Shown: in pieces, positions 11,701 through 19,498 of the stretch | Numbering within the stretch: position 1 is the first letter of the stretch | Layout: each line of letters opens with the position of its first letter | Virus record (IMG/VR): IMGVR_UViG_3300042516_003202 | Strand: one strand, 5' to 3' | Length of the DNA: 64,000 nt | DNA from: a virus | Notes under the pieces: model-generated | The model's input: the letters and a program-made list of their open reading frames with translations, nothing else | Database searches by the model: none | Told to the model about the DNA's origin: nothing | Translations under genes and position numbers: made by a program

Positions 11701-14700
11701 CCTTGATTACCTTGTGTTGCCTGAACACCTTGAGTTCCCTGAAGACCTTGATTACCTTGGAATCCTTGTGTTCCTTGAATACCCTGTCTTCCTTGAGAAC
11801 CTTGTGTACCTTGAGTACCTTGAGTTCCTTGAGTTCCTTGAGTACCTTGTGTGCCTTGAGTTCCTTGTGTTGCTTGAACACCTTGATTTCCTTGAGTACC
11901 TTGGAAATTACTTATAGGACCTTGAACACCTTGAATACCTTGAACACCTTGAGTACCTTGGAAATTACTTAGAGATCCTTGAAGTCCTTGATGACCCTGA
12001 TTACCTTGAGCACCTTGGACTCCCTGATTACCTTGAGTCCCTTGGAAATTACTTATAGGACCTTGAACACCTTGAGTACCCTGAACACCTTGAGTACCTT
12101 GAGTTCCTTGAACACCTTGATTACCTTGAGTCCCTTGGAAATTACTTATAGGACCTTGAACACCTTGAGTACCCTGAACACCTTGATTTCCTTGAATTCC
12201 TTGATTGCCTTGTGTTCCTTGGGTTCCTTGGAAATTACTTATTGTTCCTTGAACACCTTGATCACCCTGAACACCTTGGAAACCTTGTGATCCCTGGTGT
12301 CCAACACCTTGAACACCTTGAGATCCTTGCGTTCCTTGGAATCCTTGTGTTCCTTGAACACCTTGATTACTTAAACCCTGAACACCTTGTGTTCCTTGGG
12401 ATCCTTGGAATCCCTGTGTTCCCTGAATGCCTTGATTTCCTTGAGTTCCCTGAACACCCTGAACACCTTGATCACCTTGAAGACCTTGAACACCCTGGTT
12501 ACTTAAACCTTGGACACCTTGAGTTCCTTGAGTTCCTTGATTTCCTTGTACTCCAGTTCCCTGCAATCCCTGCAATCCTTGGAATCCTTGTGTTCCTTGA
12601 ATACCCTGTCTTCCTTGCGAACCTTGTGTACCTTGAGTTCCTTGAGTTCCTTGAGTTCCTTGTGTTCCTTGAATACCTTGTGTTCCTTGAATACCTTGAA
12701 CACCCTGATTACCAGTTCTAGAAAATGTAAAACCAATTATTTCATTATTTGTTGGTGCTAGTCCACTAACCAACTCAACTGAAACAGTAGCAAAATTAAT
12801 ACCTGAACTAACTGATAAAACTCTTAAAATTATTGTTCTTTGAACTAATGAAATAGCAGTAGAAGTTTGAAGTATGAGATACCCCTTAAAAGTATCAGAA
12901 GAATCATCCCAAGTATCGTACCAATCAGAATTGTCATTTCCAAAAATATCTTCATTATCTATCCATAAAGTGGATAATCCTTCACTTAATGGATTCGCAT
13001 TAAATCTAAATTTTCCGGTATTTAAAGTAGTTGAAGTAGGAGTGGATGTTAAAGAATCGTATTGATAAGATACTCCTCCACGACTACCAGTTAGACCTTG
13101 AATACCTTGATTACCTTGGACTCCCTGATTACCTTGGGTTCCTTGGACTCCCTGTCTACCCTGCGTTCCTTGAGTTCCTTGTGTTGCTTGAACACCTTGA
13201 TTACCTTGAGTTCCTTGGAATCCTTGTGTTCCTTGCCTACCTTGAGTACCTTGTGTTGCTTGAACACCTTGATTACCTTGAGTTCCTTGGAATCCTTGTG
13301 TTCCTTGTCTACCCTGTGCCCCTTGAGAACCTTGGAATCCCTGAGATCCTCTAACTCCTTGGAAATTACTTATAGGACCTTGAGTACCTTGGACTCCCTG
13401 ATTACCTTGTGTACCTTGAGTTCCTTGAGTACCTTGAGTTCCTTGAGTTCCTTGAGTTCCTTGAGTTCCTTGAGTTCCTTGAACACCCTGATTACCTTGA
13501 GTTCCTTGGAAATTACTTAGAGATCCCTGAAGACCTTGAAACCCTTGAGTACCTTGTCTTCCTTGAGATCCTTGTGATCCTTGTGATCCTTGTGATCCTT
13601 GAGCACCTTGATTACTTAATCCCTGAACACCTTGGGATCCTTGGGATCCTTGGGATCCTTGAGTTCCTTGGAAATTGCTTAGAGATCCCTGAAGACCTTG
13701 AGAGCCTTGAGAACCTTGAGTTCCCTGCGATCCTTGTGATCCTTGAATACCTTGTCTTCCTTGTGAACCTTGAACACCTTGATTACTTAATCCTTGAACA
13801 CCTTGAGTTCCTTGAGTTCCTTGATTACCTTGAGTTCCTTGGAAATTACTTAGAGATCCTTGAAGTCCTTGATTACCTTGTGTTGCCTGGACACCTTGGG
13901 TTCCTTGAATACCTTGCCTTCCTTGTGAACCTTGAACACCTTGATTGCCTTGAACACCTTGTCTTCCTTGTATTCCTTGAGTTCCTTGAATAGACTCTCC
14001 TTGAAGTCCTTGTGTACCTTGAAAATTACTTATTGGGCCTTGAACACCCTGCAAACCCTGAGCACCTTGAAATCCTGGTATTCCCTGAACACCCTGTCTT
14101 CCTTGGATACCTTGTCTTCCTTGAGTTCCTTGGAAATTACTTATAGGACCTTGTGTACCTTGAAAATTACTTAATGTTCCTTGAATACCTTGATTACTTA
14201 ATCCCTGAGAACCTTGAGATCCTTGAGAACCTTGATTTCCCTGCGTTCCTTGCGTTCCTTGCGTTCCTTGAAATCCTACAGTACCTTGAGCACCTTGACC
14301 AACATAAAGTCCCGATAGACCTTGATTTCCTTGAGTTCCTTGGAAATTACTTATAGATCCTTGAATGCCTTGTCTACCTTGAGTTCCTTGAGATCCTTGA
14401 GATCCTTGAGATCCTTGAAGTCCTTGAATGCCTATAGAACCTTGTGTACCCTGATTTCCTTGAATTCCTATAGATCCTTGAGTTCCTTGAAATCCAATTT
14501 GCCCCTGAAGTCCTTGATTTCCCTGAGTTCCTTGGAAATTACTTATAGGACCTTGAGTTCCTTGGAAATTACTTATTTGTCCTTGGAGACCCTGAGTTCC
14601 TTGAGTAGAACCTATATAGGGCAATCCTGCCCAAGGAGTAGTGCCATTGCCAATTTTTAATCTACTAGTATCAACTTCAAGACCAACTTCACCTTCTAAT

Positions 14701-14903
14701 AAAACTGGATTTTCGGCATTCCACTCAGATTGATTAGCATATTTTAATATAATATGCCCACCACTAAGTATACCATTTGAGATAGAAATTCCCGAACCTA
14801 CCCCACCACCACCTAATTGGCCAGTAACTATTAAATTTTCAACCTCAAGATCTGTTATATCTTCAGGTGGTCTATCTGCGTAGTAAATTTTAATTTTTGT
14901 CAT
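5757..14903 (-). CDS. Giant fibre/structural protein (3048 aa): Mtd_N-like N-terminus, two collagen-like tracts, beta-helix-like region and internal repeats
   Basis: N-terminal EWNAENPVLLEGEVGLEVDTSRLKIGNGTTPWAGLPY; G-X-Q tracts; IYVSMNGNDDNTG...KTIKSA...GDTIKVFPGTYIE, a pectin-lyase-like start; C-terminus like conserved cyanomyovirus structural proteins (EWVGSGT...YTSTNQAGNFQIGDG...TPLIIAL). Confidence 0.8.
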   Translation of the reverse strand: MTKIKIYYADRPPEDITDLEVENLIVTGQLGGGGVGSGISISNGILSGGHIILKYANQSEWNAENPVLLEGEVGLEVDTSRLKIGNGTTPWAGLPYIGSTQGTQGLQGQISNFQGTQGPISNFQGTQGNQGLQGQIGFQGTQGSIGIQGNQGTQGSIGIQGLQGSQGSQGSQGTQGRQGIQGSISNFQGTQGNQGLSGLYVGQGAQGTVGFQGTQGTQGTQGNQGSQGSQGSQGLSNQGIQGTLSNFQGTQGPISNFQGTQGRQGIQGRQGVQGIPGFQGAQGLQGVQGPISNFQGTQGLQGESIQGTQGIQGRQGVQGNQGVQGSQGRQGIQGTQGVQATQGNQGLQGSLSNFQGTQGNQGTQGTQGVQGLSNQGVQGSQGRQGIQGSQGSQGTQGSQGSQGLQGSLSNFQGTQGSQGSQGSQGVQGLSNQGAQGSQGSQGSQGSQGRQGTQGFQGLQGSLSNFQGTQGNQGVQGTQGTQGTQGTQGTQGTQGTQGTQGNQGVQGTQGPISNFQGVRGSQGFQGSQGAQGRQGTQGFQGTQGNQGVQATQGTQGRQGTQGFQGTQGNQGVQATQGTQGTQGRQGVQGTQGNQGVQGNQGIQGLTGSRGGVSYQYDSLTSTPTSTTLNTGKFRFNANPLSEGLSTLWIDNEDIFGNDNSDWYDTWDDSSDTFKGYLILQTSTAISLVQRTIILRVLSVSSGINFATVSVELVSGLAPTNNEIIGFTFSRTGNQGVQGIQGTQGIQGTQGTQGTQGTQGTQGSQGRQGIQGTQGFQGLQGLQGTGVQGNQGTQGTQGVQGLSNQGVQGLQGDQGVQGVQGTQGNQGIQGTQGFQGSQGTQGVQGLSNQGVQGTQGFQGTQGSQGVQGVGHQGSQGFQGVQGDQGVQGTISNFQGTQGTQGNQGIQGNQGVQGTQGVQGPISNFQGTQGNQGVQGTQGTQGVQGTQGVQGPISNFQGTQGNQGVQGAQGNQGHQGLQGSLSNFQGTQGVQGIQGVQGPISNFQGTQGNQGVQATQGTQGTQGTQGTQGTQGTQGTQGSQGRQGIQGTQGFQGNQGLQGTQGVQATQGNQGLQGSLSNFQGTQGNQGTQGTQGTQGFQGLQGLQGLQGQISNFQGTQGLQGDQGVQGVQATQGTQATQGTQGTQGAQGTQGAQGRQGIQGPISNFQGTQGNQGVQATQGTQGSQGKQGIQGTQGFQGLQGLQGTGTQGVQGNQGIQGTQGFQGLQGTGVQGTQGTQGTQGTRGLQGSQGTQGTQGVQASQGVQGMQGIQGSSVSIELKDTEDNFVSYIGFSTEKSGSISTVFVSSEKLVFNPSSGSIGIGTSAITNTLTVVGTATATNYYGNGETLVGIVTQIVPGIGIDIFESQIPGKGKVKIQSYKPVGRTIYVSMNGNDDNTGLAENYPKKTIKSAASVAVFGDTIKVFPGTYIEDNPIILAKTVSVEGTELRNCVITPKNLNQDMFHVNNGCHITDASFIGPAMKNGAAVVALQPLLGVATDRFFDAARMIRFNLRYIAKESVGFLTSGFSGFAGSHREQDAARLIDKNLNYISAEAVGFLTSPSGYNFTLGISSYTNCKEDVVSIMQAISYDLKANSNRKSIGAGYSYFNSSGGLIHITGVGVSEATIAALDYAAGIATHVINNTTPPISYQGIGNSVSQVKDLSVIQVNGGCVGVGTTIKQLVGIVTNMIGAGTTSNAPAVRYGVNLESNDCADDVSDIWKCIIHDITRGGNSRSIDAGKAYYNNDWSLKSGILKNPEEVKQTIATLDYSFNVARAVINNCSWGGYPVGLGTTVVNAVYDANTGITTVTAINHGLSTKDPVKVQGLTYSCTPGSSGFPVGVVTASYDRLTGISTIETSTALKITSGDRVKLQNLVFECNSGGGPSTAIYPSGNYGYEFTVQDILDTKTFVVNVGKSTLDHIYQYGGEVSKLYTPIFGISTASYDRTTGIATVTAVGLGTTAGAHLYIEPGKKIKLENLVWECDSGGGPSTAYYPSGNLGYEFTIIATADNRYIDAANLIQKNRTEIIDKSLAAIAISHPDFYYPNDVQTTRFSRFKDSYRLIQQNRTEIVNSAWSATVAQYPGISGTQTKCKRDLGYFIDAVSTDIFTGGNSYSIAFVRQYFNNGAPISNGLVGEETESVYAFNQARNLMKQAITNQLTTKDLTLTADPVTGSNTSSSSCANVQSALDTLTSLITTVVSAGSLTSLNTIRNNPGIFVSGENKCRRDIGYIVDALVKDVKYGTNKHIREATRAYFNKNGAPISNGLVGEETQSVTAFNAVRDYAKKAITNQLNVKDLTISADPATGSNTSENSCADVKTNIDNLISILTTVISAGNLGSYPALYVSNKVKVNVGTSTLDHRYMYGGTLTSNYTTTTFPDGTFNYIFPVKSVVGPNTFEFVGGKTVLPHTYVSGGTVQKYTNFQNEFTQIKDLAMQVDPATGFNNVINSCADVTSAMKVCVGIVTSIIGIGSTAFSYVGFNTTYPGNRGKGFDSIVGVTSALYEETSGKTTIKAPGLLVKVGDLIEVRNLKFSCSSGGPVSTQLFPSGYYGYEFYVTKINSDDSFDVYTGISTIPHSYVSGGYVVNRSLEVTEAKYDNNTGIVTITAPGISVRTGDIVTLRDLEFACSSGAATTTLFPSGNNGYAFEVLSTTNERNTFTVNVGKTGIGHTYVVGGIVIPPYSKGVGPITQGPYVRNCTNFIGDSIGMKVDGFAAEPGDKEDIGVTGTMSVDSYTQYNQNGIGVSITNGAYTQLVSIFTICDDIGIFTKSGGQCDITNSNCSFGNYGLVSDGVGDYTSKSIYRYTGETVGTAEIETDTVTISGLGTQRPYDGQAIYFGELYYQVNAIKVTNGGNGYNPTNPPNVTIGFPEGPSGIRAEASANVDENGVITSIDVISNGSQYLNSPSVTITDFPGGSGVNATAEAVLYPLYYTITTATLPVNGTSTLVLTQNLNNTVGAGTTVYFSRLSLQIATSISLEWVGSGTNINTAKPALGGVTIQANEVDKRNGGQVVYTSTNQAGNFQIGDGVVINQLTGTITGRSFSQSLLNTVTPLIIALS
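11100..14610 (-). repeat. (G-X-Q)n collagen-like coding repeat, two tracts separated by a globular domain at ~12720-13090
   Basis: 9-bp periodicity with recurring interruptions GPISNFQ, GSLSNFQ, GLSNQ and GVQATQ. Confidence 0.95.
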
Positions 14904-14906
14904 TTT

Positions 14907-15794
14907 TTATGACCTGTTGTCGTAGTCCCAACCAGCAATTGAATATTCCGAATTGTCACCTGGATAATCTTTAGGAGTGTTTCCTTCATATTCAACAATT
15001 AATTTTTCACCTAAACGATCAGCCCAGATTTGATAAAAACAATCTATAGATGTCCCATTTCCAGATTTAACAACTATTTGTTTACCCCATTGTATTTTTT
15101 CAACAAATAAATCTTGACTATGCCCAATTTGTGTTAAATTTACACTAATAGTTTCTAAATCAACAAGACCATCCCAATAATCTGGAAGTTCAATAATATT
15201 ACTATTTACCAATCTTCCGCGAACATAAACTGCAGATTCTGGTCCTTCTACACAAATATGTCGTAAACGATGATTAGGTTTATTTGGGTGAGGAATATCA
15301 AATCCTTTTTTGGAATTCACTACTGTTTGTAGGTTTCCTAGACCATCAACCATAACGACTCCTTTCAATCTAGTAACTGCACTATCAACAATTGTTACTG
15401 GAGAAACAATTTTATTGGCAGTTCCTGCGGTAAAAGTATTTTTACCTCCACTATTAATTGAAAGAGTTGCACCTTTAAAAGAAGTTACTGGTGAAGTGCA
15501 AAAAAATCCACTTCCTTTAATTTTACAATAACCATTAACAACTAATCCTCCAGTTTGAGTATGTAATCCTTTAAAGTTAGTAAATCCTTTACTTTCTATG
15601 GTAACAGGATTTGTTATATTAGGACCAACTGTTAATGCTGCTCCATCTATTCCAGATGCTGATCCAATGTAACATTCGTATATATTTGCTACTCCGCTTT
15701 TAAAAAAATTCGTTGGAATGTTTACGGCAGCACCGAATGTTCCACTCAAACATTCCAACATACCAAAAGCGTTACTATCTGCGTAATGTGTCAT
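14907..15794 (-). CDS. gp5-associated spike/C-terminal protein with a chaperone-like (peptidase S74-like) tail domain
   Basis: C-terminal KGFDIPHP...RLRHICVEGPE..VYVRG...IELPDYW.GLVD..TISVNLT.IG; lies in the gp5 cluster. Confidence 0.55.
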   Translation of the reverse strand: MTHYADSNAFGMLECLSGTFGAAVNIPTNFFKSGVANIYECYIGSASGIDGAALTVGPNITNPVTIESKGFTNFKGLHTQTGGLVVNGYCKIKGSGFFCTSPVTSFKGATLSINSGGKNTFTAGTANKIVSPVTIVDSAVTRLKGVVMVDGLGNLQTVVNSKKGFDIPHPNKPNHRLRHICVEGPESAVYVRGRLVNSNIIELPDYWDGLVDLETISVNLTQIGHSQDLFVEKIQWGKQIVVKSGNGTSIDCFYQIWADRLGEKLIVEYEGNTPKDYPGDNSEYSIAGWDYDNRS

Positions 15795-16390
15795 AATGGA
15801 GCTCCAGTTTTACCACAAGATTTTGTTAATCCTTCAATTAAATTTCCCCAATTTCCTGCAAGAAGATTCTTTATAGTAGATAATGCACTAACAGGACCAA
15901 AATATTTTATATCACCAGACATATTAATAAAATTTCCACTGATTACATTTACACCAGAAGTTCCGTTAATACATATTCTTGACCCAGCAAGTCTAACTTC
16001 TTCGGATGATGCAAAAATAATATGCCCGTTTGATCCTACTAAAAAATTTCCTTCACCTTTTTCACCCATAGATTCAATGTGTATATTTTTTGCTTTTAAT
16101 GATATAGTTCCTCTCTCTGCAGATATAATAATATCCCCATTCTTTGCTACAATTGATCTTGCAATTGCTTCTTTTTCATCGGGAGGTATACTGTGCCCAC
16201 TAACCTCATGATATGTTCCCTGAATATGTTCTACTTTATTTCCATTACTACCATAAACGACATGGTTATTTGCCGAAGTTATGATTGTAAGATCTCTTCC
16301 ATCATCAGTAGATTCTGGGCCAATTGGTCCAGCATGAATAAAACAATATGGATTGTTTGATATTGTAATGTCTGGTGCTCTATCTGCCAT
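15791..16390 (-). CDS. gp5 C-terminal-like beta-helix spike fragment
   Basis: Repeated short beta strands (IVAKNGDIIISAERGTISLKAKNIHIES); overlaps both neighbours in the gp5 cluster. Confidence 0.5.
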   Translation of the reverse strand: MADRAPDITISNNPYCFIHAGPIGPESTDDGRDLTIITSANNHVVYGSNGNKVEHIQGTYHEVSGHSIPPDEKEAIARSIVAKNGDIIISAERGTISLKAKNIHIESMGEKGEGNFLVGSNGHIIFASSEEVRLAGSRICINGTSGVNVISGNFINMSGDIKYFGPVSALSTIKNLLAGNWGNLIEGLTKSCGKTGAPL

Positions 16391-18939
16391 TATCTAAGTA
16401 CACAATCTATAACTTTAATTAATTTATCTGAAGTTATGGCATCAATTTGTCCTTGACCAACTAATTCATCAACTGGTGTAAATTTAAGAACAGATCTAAA
16501 TTTTGCCCCAACTCCTGTTCTACTATTTATCCTAATCACAGGAAGAACTAAAAATCCAACTCCTGGATTTACAATTTCAATTCCAACAATTTGACCTGTA
16601 GGTGTTAATTGTAAATTAAATTCTGCACCATTATTACCACCTTCTATTTCAACAGTATCATTTGGACTATAACCACTGCCAGTATTCAAAATCTTAATAT
16701 CTTTAATTTGAGATACTGTGTTTTTATATGGAATAGGTAAGTTAACTGTTGTTGAAATTGGAGGTGTAGTTCCCCCACCAGGAATACGTGTTCCGGGATC
16801 AGAAGGATCAGAAGAAGGTGTACCATTTACTGAAGTATTATATTTGCCACCATTGATAAATCCAGGTGTGTTGTTGTTAGCATTAAAATTTCCTTGACCA
16901 TTTTTAGTTACACCACCCGAAGATCCAGATCCTACTAAAGTATTGGAATTTATTAAATTATTGGGTAAAGATGTGTTTCCAGTTCCAACATTACCTATCG
17001 TTGTTCTTCCTGTACCAATCGGAGGAACAAAAAGTTGACTTGTAGATCCTATTCCAGCGATACTTGACAATGGAGGTAAAACTTCTATAGTTACACTACT
17101 AGTAACAGTATTATTTCCTATAGGTGCATTTTTATTAGTTGCAGTTAAAGTATAAGTGAAAAATGTACTAACACCGGAAAGATTTAAATTTTGAGGAACA
17201 ACTAAAGATGCAGATCCATCTTCGGGGACATTATTATATCCAACAATATTCAACCCAACTTGATTAGCATCGGTAGTTTCCCATTCAAATTTATACACCT
17301 CTCCCTGATATAATTTTGTTGGTTTGACTGTAAATTTATCAATGGAAGGTTTATTGGAATTTGTTTGAGTAGGAGAGGTTGTTGCACTATTATTTAAATC
17401 TACTATTTCAACTTCCAAGTCTTGATATATCTCTATTGGAGCAGAATTTGCAATATTTTTTGTAGCTTTAAGTGTATATTTTTTCTTAGTTTTTTTACTT
17501 CCTGCAGGAAATAAAATATTTGAAGAATTAATGGATAAATTTGCTTTAGAAGAAATTGGAAGTTTATTGTATCCAGGTTCTTTTAAAATTGTAACATAAT
17601 CGGCATTTTCAACTTCCCATGATAATGTCAATACATTGTTTATCTGAACTGGACTTGGAGATCCAGTAAAACTTTTTATAATTGGCGGTATAATACCAGA
17701 AGTTATATTATCAGTATATCCAATTCCAGGATTTATAATTATTATGTCTTTAACTTTTAAGTTTCCATTTTCATCTTCTTCCATTTCTGCATAAGCATGA
17801 GCATTTTTCCCACAATTTCCAGGATCAGCAATAGTAACAAAAGGAGTTGACTTATAACCTTTTCCATTGGATAAAAGATTTGCGCCTATAACTTGTCCTA
17901 TCTCATTAACAACTGCATTTGCAACTGCTCCAGATCCACCACCACCAAAAATGGATACTTGAGGCAAACCACACTGGAAAGTTCCGCTATAACATCCCCC
18001 AGGAGAAACATATGAACCATCAGAGGGTCCAAAGAAATCATTCATCCATCCCGTAATTGTTTTATCTACAGATCCAGATAAATCAAAGTTTGCAAAATTA
18101 TCAAATCCAGGACTTTTTAAACCGCCATCAAGAGATGCTGTAAATTCTTTTATTTCTGGACAATTTGGTCTGTCGCATAAAAATCCCTCAAATCCTAAAA
18201 TAAAATCTATAGCTTCAAAAACAGAACCTGCAACTTTAGTAATTCCACCGAGAATATCATTTATTTGAGCAAATATTGGTTCTAATGCTTTATCTAAATC
18301 ATTGGCTAATTTATTTAATAAAGCATTTAAAAAGTTTTCTGCTGCACATAAAGGAGTATTAATAACTTGCCCAACTAATGAGTATAAAAATTCGGCAACC
18401 ATTTTGGCAAGACCGGCAATAATGTCTTCAAATTTGCAAAAAATTTGATCAATAACTTCTTTTAACAAACCACTTTTAATTTGCTTCATAAGTGGTGGTA
18501 AAACAGAATTCAGTAAATCTTCTATACCTCTTCTTATTTTATTTAAAATCCATTCGCGTATTCTTTGAATAAACGTTCTTAATCCTGCAGATATTGCTGA
18601 TATAGTTTCTTTTATTTCTCCTTGTAAATTTTGAATAAAATTTAACGCTCCATTTACGTACTTATCATAATACTTTTGTACGCTTTTCAGAACAGCAAAA
18701 AACTTTTTAAGAGCTCTCCATATACCTCCCATCTTATCATCACCACAAGGATCTGCTTTTCCTATTGGAACAGCGCACATTTCCTCAAAAGTTTTTCCAG
18801 CAACAGTTCTAGCAACATAAATTCTATTATTTGCTAAAGTTTCTTGGGGTATTTTTGCACCACTACCATCTATTTTAATATCTTTCCAAGATTGACCTAA
18901 ATCATCATTACAGGCGTCAGATACATTAGTTGTTGCCAT
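16390..18939 (-). CDS. Baseplate hub gp5, central/C-terminal part (849 aa) with inserted Ig-like domains
   Basis: Cys-containing helical region (CKFEDII...TPLCAAENF...FLCD) and GGGGSGAVANAVV...GKGY.S.P motif typical of cyanophage gp5; in frame with 18946..19446. Confidence 0.7.
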   Translation of the reverse strand: MATTNVSDACNDDLGQSWKDIKIDGSGAKIPQETLANNRIYVARTVAGKTFEEMCAVPIGKADPCGDDKMGGIWRALKKFFAVLKSVQKYYDKYVNGALNFIQNLQGEIKETISAISAGLRTFIQRIREWILNKIRRGIEDLLNSVLPPLMKQIKSGLLKEVIDQIFCKFEDIIAGLAKMVAEFLYSLVGQVINTPLCAAENFLNALLNKLANDLDKALEPIFAQINDILGGITKVAGSVFEAIDFILGFEGFLCDRPNCPEIKEFTASLDGGLKSPGFDNFANFDLSGSVDKTITGWMNDFFGPSDGSYVSPGGCYSGTFQCGLPQVSIFGGGGSGAVANAVVNEIGQVIGANLLSNGKGYKSTPFVTIADPGNCGKNAHAYAEMEEDENGNLKVKDIIIINPGIGYTDNITSGIIPPIIKSFTGSPSPVQINNVLTLSWEVENADYVTILKEPGYNKLPISSKANLSINSSNILFPAGSKKTKKKYTLKATKNIANSAPIEIYQDLEVEIVDLNNSATTSPTQTNSNKPSIDKFTVKPTKLYQGEVYKFEWETTDANQVGLNIVGYNNVPEDGSASLVVPQNLNLSGVSTFFTYTLTATNKNAPIGNNTVTSSVTIEVLPPLSSIAGIGSTSQLFVPPIGTGRTTIGNVGTGNTSLPNNLINSNTLVGSGSSGGVTKNGQGNFNANNNTPGFINGGKYNTSVNGTPSSDPSDPGTRIPGGGTTPPISTTVNLPIPYKNTVSQIKDIKILNTGSGYSPNDTVEIEGGNNGAEFNLQLTPTGQIVGIEIVNPGVGFLVLPVIRINSRTGVGAKFRSVLKFTPVDELVGQGQIDAITSDKLIKVIDCVLR

Positions 18940-18945
18940 ATTTTT

Positions 18946-19446
18946 TTACTTTTCCTTTATTCCAAACTCTTTTTTTGTTGGTAATGTCGGTTTTGAGGAT
19001 GAGGATCCTTTAGATAAAACATGATAAACTTGCGGTGTTACTGTTTTGTACCAGTTCAGTGTCCTTTTAAATTCAGAGCTTTTTTTAGATTCAACTTCTT
19101 TTCCAGTTATTTCATATGAAGGATCATTTCTGCCAAGGACTCCTAAAATCATGGGTCTTTTTGGAGGGTTTTCATCATCCAAAAATATGCCAAATACCCA
19201 CTCTCCACCAGTGATTGCAACTGTTGTTTTATTTAGAGAACCGTGCGTTGATGGTCTTGCAATAATTGCCCATCTCAAATCATCATCAGCGCATAAACTT
19301 CCTTCTGCCGGATCATACCCAGTAATGCGAACTTTAACCCTATCTCCCCATCCGTTTGCATCTTCTTTATTAACAGTTTGCCCAAGTGCAACTTGTCCTA
19401 AAAACCAACGAGGAGGATTTTTTCCAAAAAAACCTGGATTAAACAT
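18946..19446 (-). CDS. Baseplate hub gp5 N-terminal OB-fold domain
   Basis: MFNPGFFG...RWFLGQV...GDRVKVRITGYDP...DDDLRWA...GEWVFGIFLD...PMILGVLG, the gp5/VgrG OB motif. Confidence 0.8.
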   Translation of the reverse strand: MFNPGFFGKNPPRWFLGQVALGQTVNKEDANGWGDRVKVRITGYDPAEGSLCADDDLRWAIIARPSTHGSLNKTTVAITGGEWVFGIFLDDENPPKRPMILGVLGRNDPSYEITGKEVESKKSSEFKRTLNWYKTVTPQVYHVLSKGSSSSKPTLPTKKEFGIKEK

Positions 19447-19498
19447 TTAATTGAATATGCCTAATTATGTCTTAATGTATATAGTTGAGGATATACAT

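Noticed and set aside
3939-14660. Many plus-strand and alternate-frame ORFs (LE-rich, SSL/NTL-rich, KV/KE-rich) over the collagen tracts; likewise at 59134-63744
   Set aside because: Shadow ORFs. The 9-bp G-X-Q repeat leaves other frames stop-poor, and the products are low complexity with no start signals.
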